Virus record (IMG/VR): IMGVR_UViG_3300035501_000350 | Coordinates: 32,001 to 96,000 of that record | DNA: 64,000 nucleotides | From: a virus | Taxonomy: Duplodnaviria > Caudoviricetes | Strand: one strand, 5' to 3' | Shown: one piece after another, positions 1-10,037 of the stretch | How positions within the stretch are numbered: the stretch's first letter is position 1 | Layout: the number at the start of each line of letters is the position of its first letter | Notes under the pieces: model-generated | Databases searched by the model: none | What the model was told of the DNA's origin: nothing | The model's input: the letters and a program-made list of their open reading frames with translations, nothing else | Translations under genes and position numbers: made by a program

Positions 1-2038
1 TTACAGTTCCATCAGGTTCATCACCAGAAGGAATTAGAGTCCACTGGTAAGTTCCATCTCCAGACTGTCCACAGATAAACACATCACCAATCTTAGCAGA
101 CTGACCACCATAAGTGCCAGCAGTAATAACCTTATAGGTATAGCCAAGCTGGTCTTTAGATGCAGCGGTAAGAGAACTAACAGTACCGTCAGTACCAAGA
201 GTACCCTTAAAGACCATAGAAGTAGATACAGTTGCTGCAAGATCATCTAATTCAGCCTTAGTAGCAAAAGTAGTTCCCTTAGTAAGAGTAACAGTATGGT
301 TAGACAGGCTAATATCTGTTACTGCATTACCACTACCTGTAGTTGTACCCTTAGAAAGAGTAGTCTCTGCAGGCAAAGTAATAGTCTTATCTGCCGCTGC
401 AGTAACTCTACCCTTTTCATCTACAGTAAGGTTAGGAATTACAACAGTACCACCATGAGTAGCAGTCTTGGTTTCTGTCTGGCCATAAGTACCAGCTGTA
501 ACACCAGACTTAGACAGTGTTACAGGAACACTCCAACCCTTCTTAGAGGAATCAGAAGTACCAGTAGCATCACCAGTAAGAACTACAGTGGTACTACTAC
601 TAAACTCTGTAGCAGATACGGCATTAGCATCAGATGCCAAAGCTCCTACATCGCTAGGAGTAAGAGTGATATCAGCGCTTAATGCTTTACCATTGACTGT
701 TCTCGCTGTTGGTACAGCACCAGCTTGAGCCGCTGTTACTTTATGGGGATTGCTAGTATTACCGATATGAGAAATCTCATCAGCAATAGCCTTCTGAATC
801 TTACCCATAGAAGTGGATAAAGTCTCACCACTAGTCAATGTAGCAAGAGTGCTAGCGGCAGTATATGTAGGAGTTTGGTTATTTGTAGTTACATTGGGTA
901 CATTACCTAAACCTACCTGAGATGCTGTAACCTTATGGGGATTAGAAGTATCACCAGTATGAGTATTAAGATTAGTCTGTACTGCTTGAGTATCTGCGCT
1001 TGCAGTAGAAGCTGCAGATTCAATAGCGTCAGAAAGAGCCTCATAATCAGTATCAATTCTAGCCTTAAGAGAATCCTTAGTGGTGCTATCAGACTTTGCT
1101 ACTCTAGCGCCCTCAACTTCAGTAGCCTCAGCAGCACCAATCTGAGTTGTAGTAACGCTATGAGGATTGTTAGTATCTCCAGTATGAGTATTAAGATTAG
1201 TCTGCACAGTCTGGGATTCATTATGAGCTGTAGTGGCATTACCACTAATAGTGTTAGCAAGTGCGTCATAGTCGGCATCAATTCTGTCTTTAAGAGAATC
1301 CTTAACCACACTATCAGACTTAGCAGTTCTTGCAGCTACCATCTCAGATGCTTCAGCAGCACCAATCTGAGTAGTTGTAACTCCATGAGGGTTAGATTTA
1401 TTAGAAGTATGAGAATCTAAGTTCTTCTGTACAGCCTCAGAACCAGCACTAGCTGCAGAGCTAGCGTTATTGATTTTGTTCTCAAGGGCAATATAATCTG
1501 CGCTGAGACGGTCAGAAAGAGTTGACTTAGTAATATCATCAGACTTTGCTACTCTAGCGCCCTCAACCTCCGATGCTTCAGCAGCACCAATTTGAGTAGT
1601 TGTAACTCCATGAGGGTTATTAGTATTATTGGTATGAGTATTAAGATTAGTCTGTACTGCTTGAGACTCATTATGAGCTGTAGTAGCATTACCACTAATG
1701 GTATTGGTAAGAGCGCTATAATCAGCATTGATTCTATCATTAAGAGAACTCTTAGTTTCTCCATCCGATTTAGCTGTTCTAGCCCCTTCTACTTCAGCAG
1801 CCTCAGCAGCGCCAATCTGGGTTGTAGTAACCTTATGAGGGTTATTAGTATCTTTAGTATGAGTTCCTATAGTACCCTCAACATTACTGATACCGCCAGA
1901 TATATCTTCATCAATTTGCTGTAATTTCTTTTCTACGGTGCTACCATCATAGGACACCATATCAGAAGATGTTTTTGGGTATATAAAATGCATAATACCA
2001 TCTATATTTTTAGATAGCGTGGCTTTCTCAATAGCCAT
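1..2038 (-). CDS. Long tail-fibre-like protein (3' end runs off window)
   Basis: Not in the ORF track. AGGAGG RBS, ATG at 2038 (MAIEKATLSKNIDGIMHFIYPKTSSDMV); the same frame reads ...LIPSGDEPDGTV at the window edge. Tandem H-x5-NPHxVTxxQ(I/V)G repeats typical of phage fibres. Confidence 0.8.
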   Translation of the reverse strand, partial: MAIEKATLSKNIDGIMHFIYPKTSSDMVSYDGSTVEKKLQQIDEDISGGISNVEGTIGTHTKDTNNPHKVTTTQIGAAEAAEVEGARTAKSDGETKSSLNDRINADYSALTNTISGNATTAHNESQAVQTNLNTHTNNTNNPHGVTTTQIGAAEASEVEGARVAKSDDITKSTLSDRLSADYIALENKINNASSAASAGSEAVQKNLDSHTSNKSNPHGVTTTQIGAAEASEMVAARTAKSDSVVKDSLKDRIDADYDALANTISGNATTAHNESQTVQTNLNTHTGDTNNPHSVTTTQIGAAEATEVEGARVAKSDSTTKDSLKARIDTDYEALSDAIESAASTASADTQAVQTNLNTHTGDTSNPHKVTASQVGLGNVPNVTTNNQTPTYTAASTLATLTSGETLSTSMGKIQKAIADEISHIGNTSNPHKVTAAQAGAVPTARTVNGKALSADITLTPSDVGALASDANAVSATEFSSSTTVVLTGDATGTSDSSKKGWSVPVTLSKSGVTAGTYGQTETKTATHGGTVVIPNLTVDEKGRVTAAADKTITLPAETTLSKGTTTGSGNAVTDISLSNHTVTLTKGTTFATKAELDDLAATVSTSMVFKGTLGTDGTVSSLTAASKDQLGYTYKVITAGTYGGQSAKIGDVFICGQSGDGTYQWTLIPSGDEPDGTV

Positions 2039-2078
2039 TTATAACACACCTCCTGTGCGGTTTAAAACCTATATATTT

Positions 2079-2876
2079 TTACTTAATAACTTCCCATGTA
2101 AATTCAACAGCGACAGTAGGTTTCTCTTCGGCATAGAACTTAATACCGCCATTTACTGTCTCTGAATAGTAATGAGTGTCCCATGCTTCCTGCTGAGCTT
2201 TGCCTGTATCTACATCTGTTGTACTAATAACAGGAGTAATATGTGCTCTTGTATTAGAATCAAAAGTATCAATAGATACAGTGCAAGTATACAACCCATT
2301 GGTAGTATTGCTACTCCAGCTGTCAGAAGACGGGACTGTTGCTTTATTTGAGGTTACTGTAGCCGCACCAATGAGAGTAGGGCTAATCTCATGCGGATTA
2401 GGGTTATTCTTTGTATCCATATGATTATTAAGAGCATCATTGGTATCGCTTACAGCTTCAATGATGGTCTTATGTTCATCATACATGATGGTTGTACCAG
2501 AATTTATATTAGTAATATCTGTATTTATGCCTTCGATTAATTCATCAATTTCTTTGATTTTTTCATTGATAGTAGTTTCGCCCTCGTAGACAATCTTATC
2601 GCCACTAGATGCAGCAACTGTATCCTGGATGACTGTAAGATCTGTAGAAACCTGAGCAAGATCAGCAAGTAATCTTTCATTAAGACTAGATCTTTCTTTG
2701 CCATCACATTTTGCTACTCTAGCTTCAGCTATTTCATCATTCGCTGAATTGATCTTATCTTCTACAGTATTGTCGGTATCAAATTCTACCATATCAGCTG
2801 TAGTTTTTGGGTAGATATACTCTACAACACCATCGACTTCTTTAGCCAATGTAGCCTTGTTAATAGCCAAAATCAT
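2079..2876 (-). CDS. Short fibre/virion protein with YPKTTAD module and one NPH repeat
   Basis: N-terminus paralogous to the adjacent fibre (IYPKTTADMV); HMDTKNNPNPHEI; AAGGAGG RBS. Confidence 0.65.
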   Translation of the reverse strand: MILAINKATLAKEVDGVVEYIYPKTTADMVEFDTDNTVEDKINSANDEIAEARVAKCDGKERSSLNERLLADLAQVSTDLTVIQDTVAASSGDKIVYEGETTINEKIKEIDELIEGINTDITNINSGTTIMYDEHKTIIEAVSDTNDALNNHMDTKNNPNPHEISPTLIGAATVTSNKATVPSSDSWSSNTTNGLYTCTVSIDTFDSNTRAHITPVISTTDVDTGKAQQEAWDTHYYSETVNGGIKFYAEEKPTVAVEFTWEVIK

Positions 2877-3024
2877 TGCCCTCCTTTATATAGTAATTTA
2901 CTATATTGTTCGATCTAAGAGGGTAGCCCTGTCCATGTAAAAAATGGTTAAATTGTCTTATTCCGTTGATTTAGTAAGGGTCTGAACATTAAAGTATAAA
3001 TACCCTTATAAGGAGTGATAGAAA

Positions 3025-3840
3025 TTGCGTTTACACATTGGTGAAGAATCCTATGCAGCAAAGAACATTTCCCAGTCTAAACCTGCCGGTACATGGGTTA
3101 AGCTTACCGTTATTGATTACGCTTCTATAGAGAATTTCCCTGAAGAGATTACTGGTGTTCTCTCTGTGCGGTCCGATAATGGATTTGAGCTTTGCACTAT
3201 TGATACTTCTAAATATGCTAGACATACCTTTGTTGGTGGCGTTCTTACATTTACTAACGAGCCTGAGCCTGTTGTTGTAGAGCCTGTGGTATATACGCCT
3301 ACTGTTGAAGAGGTTAGAGCTAATAAGATTAGCGAGATGTCTAGCGCATGTAATAGTACTATTGTTGCTGGTATTGATGTTAATGGTGAACACTTTGCTC
3401 TTACCGTAGAGGACCAGATTAATTTACTTACATTGCTTTATATGGCCGATAGTGGTCTTGAGACTATTCCTTATCATCGTGATGATGGTAGCTGTGAGTA
3501 TTACACAGCTGAGCAGTTTAAGACTATTGCTGAGGCTGCTACTAACTATAAGCTCTATCATGAGTCCTATTTCAACTCTCTTAAGGATTATATTAAGTCT
3601 CTTGAAGATATTGAAACAATTCAGTCTATCTATTATGGTATTGAGATTCCTGAGGAATACCAGTCTGTTGTTCTCAAGGATCTTATTGCAGCAATGCCTG
3701 TTACTGAAGAGCCTGAAACTGTTGATAGTTCCGAAGAAGAAACAGATATAGAAGATGCTGGTGAGGAAGAAACTGATGGTTCTGATGAAGATGCCACCGA
3801 AGAAACCGAAGAGCCTGCCGAGGATAATGCCGAAGAGTAA
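3025..3840 (+). CDS. DUF4376-like tail-fibre assembly/chaperone-type protein with acidic tail
   Basis: KISEMSSAC...HFALTVEDQINL...PYHRDDGSCEYY pattern; AGGAG RBS; promoter motif at 2985-2996. Confidence 0.55.
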   Translation: MRLHIGEESYAAKNISQSKPAGTWVKLTVIDYASIENFPEEITGVLSVRSDNGFELCTIDTSKYARHTFVGGVLTFTNEPEPVVVEPVVYTPTVEEVRANKISEMSSACNSTIVAGIDVNGEHFALTVEDQINLLTLLYMADSGLETIPYHRDDGSCEYYTAEQFKTIAEAATNYKLYHESYFNSLKDYIKSLEDIETIQSIYYGIEIPEEYQSVVLKDLIAAMPVTEEPETVDSSEEETDIEDAGEEETDGSDEDATEETEEPAEDNAEE

Positions 3841-3848
3841 TTTATATA

Positions 3849-3874
3849 ACCCACAGGGAGTAATCCCTGTGGGT
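3849..3874. terminator. Hairpin between convergent genes
   Basis: ACCCACAGGGA-GTAA-TCCCTGTGGGT. Confidence 0.7.
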
Positions 3875-3879
3875 ATTAT

Positions 3880-4401
3880 CTATTCAATTAATACGTAATA
3901 GTAGTATGCGCTGTCAATTTGCAATACATAATACCCGTCTTCTTCCGATCCCTCTATCAATGTTCCATTTTCCGGCAATCCTCCAGATTTAAATTTAAAA
4001 TTACCATATCTTGTATTGCTTCTATAGTATATTTTACCTGAATTAGCTGTAATATAAGCTATACAGTCCATATAGTATGAAGTCATTTTATTATATGTAA
4101 CAGTTTTATTTACAATTCCGACATATGTTTTATTAGTACTATCTGTATATATCATATACACAGTGTTACTTTGTATATATGTGCTAGATGGTGCTCTAAT
4201 TGTTGAATCCGTACAGTATCCTTTGTATTTATCAAAATAATAACTTTCACAGAATGTAGCACTTTGTGCTCCTGAGCTTACGGTTTTAGCGTATTCTGTT
4301 TGTTTATACACGGTTCCAGTTGTAACAATACAACTATATTTTGCCCATACTAAACCACTAGTACTGGTAATGCTATTTCCATAAGTGTATACTGTTCCCA
4401 T
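3880..4401 (-). CDS. Hypothetical Y/T/S-rich protein, paralogue of 4415-5035
   Basis: Starts MGTVY; C-terminus PENGTLIEGSEEDGYYVLQIDSAYYYY. Confidence 0.65.
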   Translation of the reverse strand: MGTVYTYGNSITSTSGLVWAKYSCIVTTGTVYKQTEYAKTVSSGAQSATFCESYYFDKYKGYCTDSTIRAPSSTYIQSNTVYMIYTDSTNKTYVGIVNKTVTYNKMTSYYMDCIAYITANSGKIYYRSNTRYGNFKFKSGGLPENGTLIEGSEEDGYYVLQIDSAYYYYVLIE

Positions 4402-4414
4402 ATCAAACACCAAC

Positions 4415-5035
4415 TTAAACTTGTTTTGTGTAACGATAATAAGCATTGTCTATCTGTAATACTAAATAATCTCCATCTAAAGAGCCATCAACTAAAGTTC
4501 CTTCTTCAGGGTAGCATCCTTCATCTGCGTATACATATTCAACGCCGCCATAGCTAAATGGTTCTGGATATGTAATAGTTGTAACTCCTGCCTCAGCTAC
4601 AGCTAACATAGTTGAAGTGTTAAGATATATAGAACCATAACTTACAAAATACCAGTCAAGTGTAGATTGTATTTGATATAGTAATTGGGTTTTACCATCA
4701 TCTACATAATACTTACCTAAAATATTTTGAATTGTATCACTATAAACTGGATTTGTAACGGTAAACCCATTATCAGAATCGAATGTATATGAATCCCCGG
4801 TAGTGATATAAGATTTTGCCGCTTGTATATCTTCCAACTCTGCATCATTCGCAAGATTGCCCTGGCAGCAAACAACCGACATATTTGATTTAGGTGTAGA
4901 ATCAGTTATTACATATGATGAATATTGTGTTTCCTTTGTTGCTGTGTGCTTTCTATACAATACAGTACTAGGATAATTATTACTTTTTGGCGGCGCAGCC
5001 ATACCACTAAATTGTTTTTTATACACTGTTCCCAT
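4415..5035 (-). CDS. Hypothetical Y/T/S-rich protein, paralogue of 3880-4401
   Basis: GGAGG RBS; starts MGTVY; C-terminus PEEGTLVDGSLDGDYLVLQIDNAYYRY. Confidence 0.7.
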   Translation of the reverse strand: MGTVYKKQFSGMAAPPKSNNYPSTVLYRKHTATKETQYSSYVITDSTPKSNMSVVCCQGNLANDAELEDIQAAKSYITTGDSYTFDSDNGFTVTNPVYSDTIQNILGKYYVDDGKTQLLYQIQSTLDWYFVSYGSIYLNTSTMLAVAEAGVTTITYPEPFSYGGVEYVYADEGCYPEEGTLVDGSLDGDYLVLQIDNAYYRYTKQV

Positions 5036-5048
5036 AGTGGGTACCTCC

Positions 5049-5421
5049 AAATAGTTAGAAAGTGAACTAGTTATTTGTTTGTATTTTGTTTTTCGGCAAC
5101 CTTAAGGGCTCATCTTTCAACTTTCTCTGCCGCCTCAGAAGGCCGGATTACCCCGTGTAATCCTTAAAAATTATAGTAAAAATGATTAATGTTTTCTGTG
5201 AAATTTAGCGGGACGATATCGTCATCATATCGTCAGCTCGCTTTTTACGTGAGTTCTAGAAAAGTTTCATTGTTCAAAGGCAACTACTCCTTTCAATAAG
5301 TAATTTACTATATTGTTCGGTGTATCACAGAGTACATGAAGAATTAAAGCAAAAAATATCACTCTGTGGAGCAATCCACAGAGATTTTTCAAAATTCATC
5401 TAGTTCACTTTCTAACTATTT
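5049..5421. repeat. Perfect 22-bp inverted repeat pair (5049-5070 and 5400-5421)
   Basis: AAATAGTTAGAAAGTGAACTAG and its exact reverse complement CTAGTTCACTTTCTAACTATTT. Confidence 0.9.
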
Positions 5422-5436
5422 ATAACGAGGTTTATA

Positions 5437-6231
5437 ATGGGAGAAATCTATGAAAGTGGCCATTTTATGGCCGGAAACCCTAATGCATCATCAAGTGGTA
5501 GTGCAAATTCTATACAATCTCTTAAATCTACTTTTTATAGAGGTGCTAATTTAGGCACTATCGCTTCCTCTACAATTGATTCATTTATTACTGAACATGG
5601 TATAGCAGCTGGAACATTTGATAATTTATTTATAGGAGATTTCTTTACTGCTACGTATAGTAATAACACTACTATTTTTAGAGTGATGGATATAGATCCA
5701 TATTATGATATATCCGATAGCGGCATTGCTGGAACTCATCATATATTAATAGTACCAGATACAGAGCTAACAACCGTAAGCAATACCAATAATAAGAGTA
5801 GTGATGGGTATACTAATTCTTATGTGCATAAAACAGCAATACCAACTATAAATACTAAGTTAAAAGCTATATTCGGATCTCATTATTTATCTTATAAAGA
5901 GAAACTATGTACAAGTTCTATGAATAGTACTTTTGCATTAGTATCTGTAAATAGTGTATCGATGGATGAGGTAGAGATATTTGGAAAAGCGGTTAATCAG
6001 AATACCGACTATGGATTATTACGGTACCAATTACCGGCATTTATGTACAACCGCGATCTAATAAAATCATATAGCTATACTACTCATAATGGAACTATGT
6101 ATTGGACAAGAGGCCGGTATTCTAGTAACTTTTGTGTTGTTTCAGCTGGTACAGCTGATAATGGATATAGTTATTATAGCACCACTTCAACTTATGATAT
6201 TGGCGTTCGTCCACGTTTCTTATTGGGTTAA
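5437..6231 (+). CDS. DUF6273-like (C-type-lectin-fold-like) protein
   Basis: IGDFFT...FRVMDID...HHILIVPD...YWTR...GVRPRFLLG; paralogue at 11878-12627. Confidence 0.55.
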   Translation: MGEIYESGHFMAGNPNASSSGSANSIQSLKSTFYRGANLGTIASSTIDSFITEHGIAAGTFDNLFIGDFFTATYSNNTTIFRVMDIDPYYDISDSGIAGTHHILIVPDTELTTVSNTNNKSSDGYTNSYVHKTAIPTINTKLKAIFGSHYLSYKEKLCTSSMNSTFALVSVNSVSMDEVEIFGKAVNQNTDYGLLRYQLPAFMYNRDLIKSYSYTTHNGTMYWTRGRYSSNFCVVSAGTADNGYSYYSTTSTYDIGVRPRFLLG

Positions 6232-6259
6232 TAAAGCAAAAAATAATGTAAATGTAAAA

Positions 6260-6291
6260 AATATACTGGACGGGAACCCGTCCAGTATATT
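6260..6291. terminator. Hairpin between convergent genes
   Basis: AATATACTGGACGGG-AA-CCCGTCCAGTATATT. Confidence 0.7.
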
Positions 6292-6310
6292 CAAATGCAT
6301 TATGTGTTTA

Positions 6311-6733
6311 TTATTTCATTACTAGCACCGTAGTATCATAAACATTGCACTTACGTATTGGGGTAATTCCTAAAGACTCTGATATAGAAGTATCTTTATC
6401 ATAAGCATTAGCCCCATATTGGTACTTAAACTCTTTGTACCCTTCAACATGGCGAACAGTTAACGCATATAATTTATCAATAGTATTATTGAAATCAATA
6501 TTACTATTAATTGCTTCATGCGTTATCTTCCCATTGGCAGTAGCGATATCAATGCATGTACTATTACCAGCTTTGATGGTAAAGTGATACACGCTGTTAC
6601 CAGACTCAGAGATTCTTACATAAGCATACTCTATACCATGGTTACGTAGAAATCCGATAAGCCTCTGATGTTCGCTAGTTGGCTTATCGGATTTCTTATG
6701 CTTGTGATGATTAGTCTTCCTATCTTCCATCAT
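6311..6733 (-). CDS. Hypothetical protein (possible distant member of tandem family)
   Basis: ORF overlapping the upstream gene's stop; FLRNHGIEY resembles the family N-terminus. Confidence 0.6.
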   Translation of the reverse strand: MMEDRKTNHHKHKKSDKPTSEHQRLIGFLRNHGIEYAYVRISESGNSVYHFTIKAGNSTCIDIATANGKITHEAINSNIDFNNTIDKLYALTVRHVEGYKEFKYQYGANAYDKDTSISESLGITPIRKCNVYDTTVLVMK

Positions 6734-7691
6734 CAGCACTTCCTACCATTAATATAGTTCTAAGCCGATTAAGCTTATCCTTTCCCTTAATAAAACTGAG
6801 GTACAACCAATTAATGATATCGGTATTCACTCCAAATTCTTTAGAGAGTTTTTTAAATTCCTCATCCAATTGGCCTGGAGCATAATCTACATATTTTTCT
6901 TCAGACTCCGCTCCTGTATTGTTCTCCTCTTTAGAATTATCAAGCGTTTGTCTTGATACTTCTTCATTAAACTCAGTACTCTTATTAGAGGATTTGAAGC
7001 ATAAATCAGCCACGAATGAGGCAATATCGTTTGCCATACCGGTTTTCATCTTTTCAAGGTCGCTAATTTCAGCTTTAATCTTTGCAAGATCTCCATTAGT
7101 TTCAGTAAGCTCGTGTTCAAGATCATCTTCAGATCTGGAACTGCCGATGCTAGAAGTATCATTGGATCCATCTTGTTTGTCATACATTTGAGCTAAAGTG
7201 TGAAACAAGAAATCCCTTGCCAAGCTGGTCTTATTAGTTTTACGTTTGTCTATCTCTGCTTTGGACTTAGCAATTTTTTGCTTAATGGCATCTGCTGTGT
7301 CCTGAAGAGCTTCAACAGACGTACCGCCAGAGGAATTATCATATTCAGATTTCACAACCTCATGGGTTGATTCATCACACTTGTGGTCATCGGAGTATTT
7401 GGTGTATTTAAACCATCTTACTCTTACATATTTATCTGTCATGATCATCATATGCAGAAACTTCTCGATCGCAGAGTCTAGGGATTCATCCTTAATTACA
7501 TCAGCAAAGTAAAACTCATAATCATGAGTCTCACTAAAAGGATTCATTGCAAAATACATTACAATGTATCCGTATTTAGTAGCAACGCAGATGCTCTCCA
7601 TTGCTGGTTCGGATTCAGTTGCTGTATAATTAATGATGTAATGGTCAATCCTATTCTTCTTTAGAAAACCGAGTACATTTTTGTTTGTCAT
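6720..7691 (-). CDS. Hypothetical protein, tandem paralogue family
   Basis: GGAGG RBS; FLKKNRIDHY...VATKYGYIVMYF. Confidence 0.75.
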   Translation of the reverse strand: MTNKNVLGFLKKNRIDHYIINYTATESEPAMESICVATKYGYIVMYFAMNPFSETHDYEFYFADVIKDESLDSAIEKFLHMMIMTDKYVRVRWFKYTKYSDDHKCDESTHEVVKSEYDNSSGGTSVEALQDTADAIKQKIAKSKAEIDKRKTNKTSLARDFLFHTLAQMYDKQDGSNDTSSIGSSRSEDDLEHELTETNGDLAKIKAEISDLEKMKTGMANDIASFVADLCFKSSNKSTEFNEEVSRQTLDNSKEENNTGAESEEKYVDYAPGQLDEEFKKLSKEFGVNTDIINWLYLSFIKGKDKLNRLRTILMVGSADDGR

Positions 7692-7751
7692 TTCTATTAC
7701 CTCCATCAATATATTATTAACCAGGGCTCCGAAAAGCCCTGGTTAATTTTA

Positions 7752-8441
7752 TCAAATTGTTAAGGCCGTTGATGCTGAGTAATCTTTCGTATCGGCCTTA
7801 TCTACGGATAAAATTTTTTGCGTACCATTTAATGTAGCGTGATCATCATAATTGTAGGTACGCCCATTACTATTTGGAGTTTCATTAGCCCCTCCAAATG
7901 CTTTATAAAATTGATCTTTAGATACAGAGCCAGCTTCAGCATCTTTATGCATACTGGATTCTGAATGCACATTTTTGTACTTTTCAGAACTATCTTTTAT
8001 CGCCTGTTCAGCGGCCGCCTTTAACGTATTAATCTGTTCATCACTAAGCTCCTTGATCGGCGTATTATTAATATCGACCTGTTTGGGATCATCTTCTTTA
8101 GCAGTATCAGTATCCTTGTGCTTTTTAGCGTTAGGCTTAGGAGGATCGGCGACATCATACTTGCCAACGTACAAGTACCAACTATTGTCTTTGCTAAACT
8201 TTCCATACTCTCCATCGTATAATAATGCTGCCGATATATGCTTTTTAATATAATCATCTAGAGTGCGCCCGCCATGTGCAACTGCATAATTTAAATACTT
8301 TTTGTAACCATCTGGTAGAAATCGTAACATAACAACTCCATATTTGGTTTGCACATACATATTGTCAACGCCATTTTCAGATGTTGTAAAGTAATTTAAT
8401 TCATTTTCCTTAATAATTTCAAGTACGCCATCATAATTCAT
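7752..8441 (-). CDS. Hypothetical protein, tandem paralogue family
   Basis: GGAGG RBS; YVQTKYGVVMLRF. Confidence 0.75.
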   Translation of the reverse strand: MNYDGVLEIIKENELNYFTTSENGVDNMYVQTKYGVVMLRFLPDGYKKYLNYAVAHGGRTLDDYIKKHISAALLYDGEYGKFSKDNSWYLYVGKYDVADPPKPNAKKHKDTDTAKEDDPKQVDINNTPIKELSDEQINTLKAAAEQAIKDSSEKYKNVHSESSMHKDAEAGSVSKDQFYKAFGGANETPNSNGRTYNYDDHATLNGTQKILSVDKADTKDYSASTALTI

Positions 8442-8522
8442 TTTTATTTCCTCCATTAATATATTATTAACCAGGGCTCCGAAAAGCCCTGGTTAATTTG
8501 TCTAAGCGACTAGAATAAGTTA

Positions 8523-9221
8523 TTATTCGTCAATCTCGTGCCCAAATAAAATAGCTTCCATATTCTTTAATGGATTTTCCATTTTATTGGTAATGGGATT
8601 AAACCTAGCAAATTTATGGCAATTCTTTATATACCATTCTTGTGCATATTTTTTAGCCAATTCACGATCTTCAGCAGTGCCATATTCTGGAGTCTTATTA
8701 TCAACAGTATCTTCTGGATTAGCATCGTGATCTTCGATGGAATGTTCATCGGTGCTATCCTTAGAATGATCATTAGATCCATTGGTATCTAAGGCACTAA
8801 CGTACTCTTCTTTATAATTGTCACTATTAATAGGATGGGTTTGATTGTGACAATATCCAAGAGGATCGAACGGATTTCTAGTTCCAATTGGATTGTGCTC
8901 ATACTTTGGGGTATCGTTATACTTAACGATCTTCATATCATACAGATCATTGGATCCAAGCTTGGTTTTTACCAGGTGATATACAAAGTTATTGATAAAT
9001 GTGTCAAAGCGAACATCATCAAATGGCCTTACATTGTACAACTCAAGCGTTTCATGATCTGTACCTTCATCGGCGCTTTTAAAGTACAGCCTAATATGGC
9101 CATATTTAGTAGCTACAATCACATGCTGCTTTACCTGATCACGCTTATTGAATGTCATCACGGCATGGTCAATTTTCTCCCTTTCCAAATACGCAATCAT
9201 CTCAATGTTAGTCAGTCTCAT
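8523..9221 (-). CDS. Hypothetical protein, tandem paralogue family
   Basis: GGAGG RBS; YLEREKIDH...VATKYGHIRLYF. Confidence 0.75.
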   Translation of the reverse strand: MRLTNIEMIAYLEREKIDHAVMTFNKRDQVKQHVIVATKYGHIRLYFKSADEGTDHETLELYNVRPFDDVRFDTFINNFVYHLVKTKLGSNDLYDMKIVKYNDTPKYEHNPIGTRNPFDPLGYCHNQTHPINSDNYKEEYVSALDTNGSNDHSKDSTDEHSIEDHDANPEDTVDNKTPEYGTAEDRELAKKYAQEWYIKNCHKFARFNPITNKMENPLKNMEAILFGHEIDE

Positions 9222-9274
9222 TTTTTATTTACCTCCATTAATATATTATTAACAATAGCCTCGAAAGGCTATAG

Positions 9275-9730
9275 TTAATCCTTTTTGAAACCCTCAGGGT
9301 TATCCTTCATCGCCATCTTAATCTTATACCAGGCATCTTCAACCTGATCAAGATCAGGTTCCTTAGTTGGCGTATTGTTGATACTATCCTGATTTGTTTC
9401 ACAAATCACCTCTGTAGGCTTTTCTTCCTCTTCGCTATAGATAGCACGAGAAATGCTATAATAGTTAGGCGGATAGTTAAGAATAGTCATCTGCGATACC
9501 CTACCGTTAAGCTCGTCCATGTAGCTTAAATTTGAATGTATGGCATCTTTAAACTCTATGTCTCTAGGGTTGGTACTATCTTTAACCTTCTTATAGAAGA
9601 ACAATGTGGCTGAACCATCTTTGTTCCGCATATAAATCTCTGCATCTCCATTGTTACACATAACAGTGAAGTGCTCAATTTTGCGATTGTGCAGATACGC
9701 TACGGTATCATAGAAATTAAGTACGCTCAT
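9275..9730 (-). CDS. Hypothetical protein, tandem paralogue family
   Basis: GGAGG RBS; YLHNRKIEHFTV...YMRNKDGSATLFF. Confidence 0.7.
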   Translation of the reverse strand: MSVLNFYDTVAYLHNRKIEHFTVMCNNGDAEIYMRNKDGSATLFFYKKVKDSTNPRDIEFKDAIHSNLSYMDELNGRVSQMTILNYPPNYYSISRAIYSEEEEKPTEVICETNQDSINNTPTKEPDLDQVEDAWYKIKMAMKDNPEGFKKD

Positions 9731-10037
9731 TTTTAGTACCTCCAAATACTACTTGCTCTACGTTACAGATATACGGGGCGTCATCATTATAAACGGATGT
9801 TAGAATCTCATCAACCTTTTGTTTATACCCATGATCAGATATATACGTAACAGATAAAAACTCCAATCTGTTGTATGTGGTATTTGCATCAAATTTATAC
9901 TTGAAGTACAAATACCCACTATCGGTATTTTTTACATACACATCCTTACTTCCATCGGTGTAATTTACAGTAAAATTGTCGGTACAATTCAACTGTAATA
10001 GTTCTTTAATTCTGTAATAGTCAAACATCTCAATCAT
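9717..10037 (-). CDS. Hypothetical protein, tandem paralogue family
   Basis: GAGGAGG RBS; TDNFTVNY...YVKNTDSGYLYFKY. Confidence 0.7.
   Translation of the reverse strand: MIEMFDYYRIKELLQLNCTDNFTVNYTDGSKDVYVKNTDSGYLYFKYKFDANTTYNRLEFLSVTYISDHGYKQKVDEILTSVYNDDAPYICNVEQVVFGGTKNERT

Larger units (their letters stand above)
7700..9279 (-). repeat. Duplicated intergenic cassette (hairpin + TAATAATATATT + RBS) at 7700-7749, 8450-8499 and diverged at 9232-9279
   Basis: First two copies match at 49/50 nt (TTAACCAGGGCTCCGAAAAGCCCTGGTTAA hairpin); the third keeps the RBS-proximal part and a related hairpin. Confidence 0.85.

Noticed and set aside
34-1924. Short ORFs listed in the track over 34-1924
   Set aside because: They are shadow or off-frame ORFs of the long minus-strand fibre gene starting at 2038.
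5437-6231. Complete diversity-generating retroelement
   Set aside because: No reverse transcriptase or template repeat was seen within the window.
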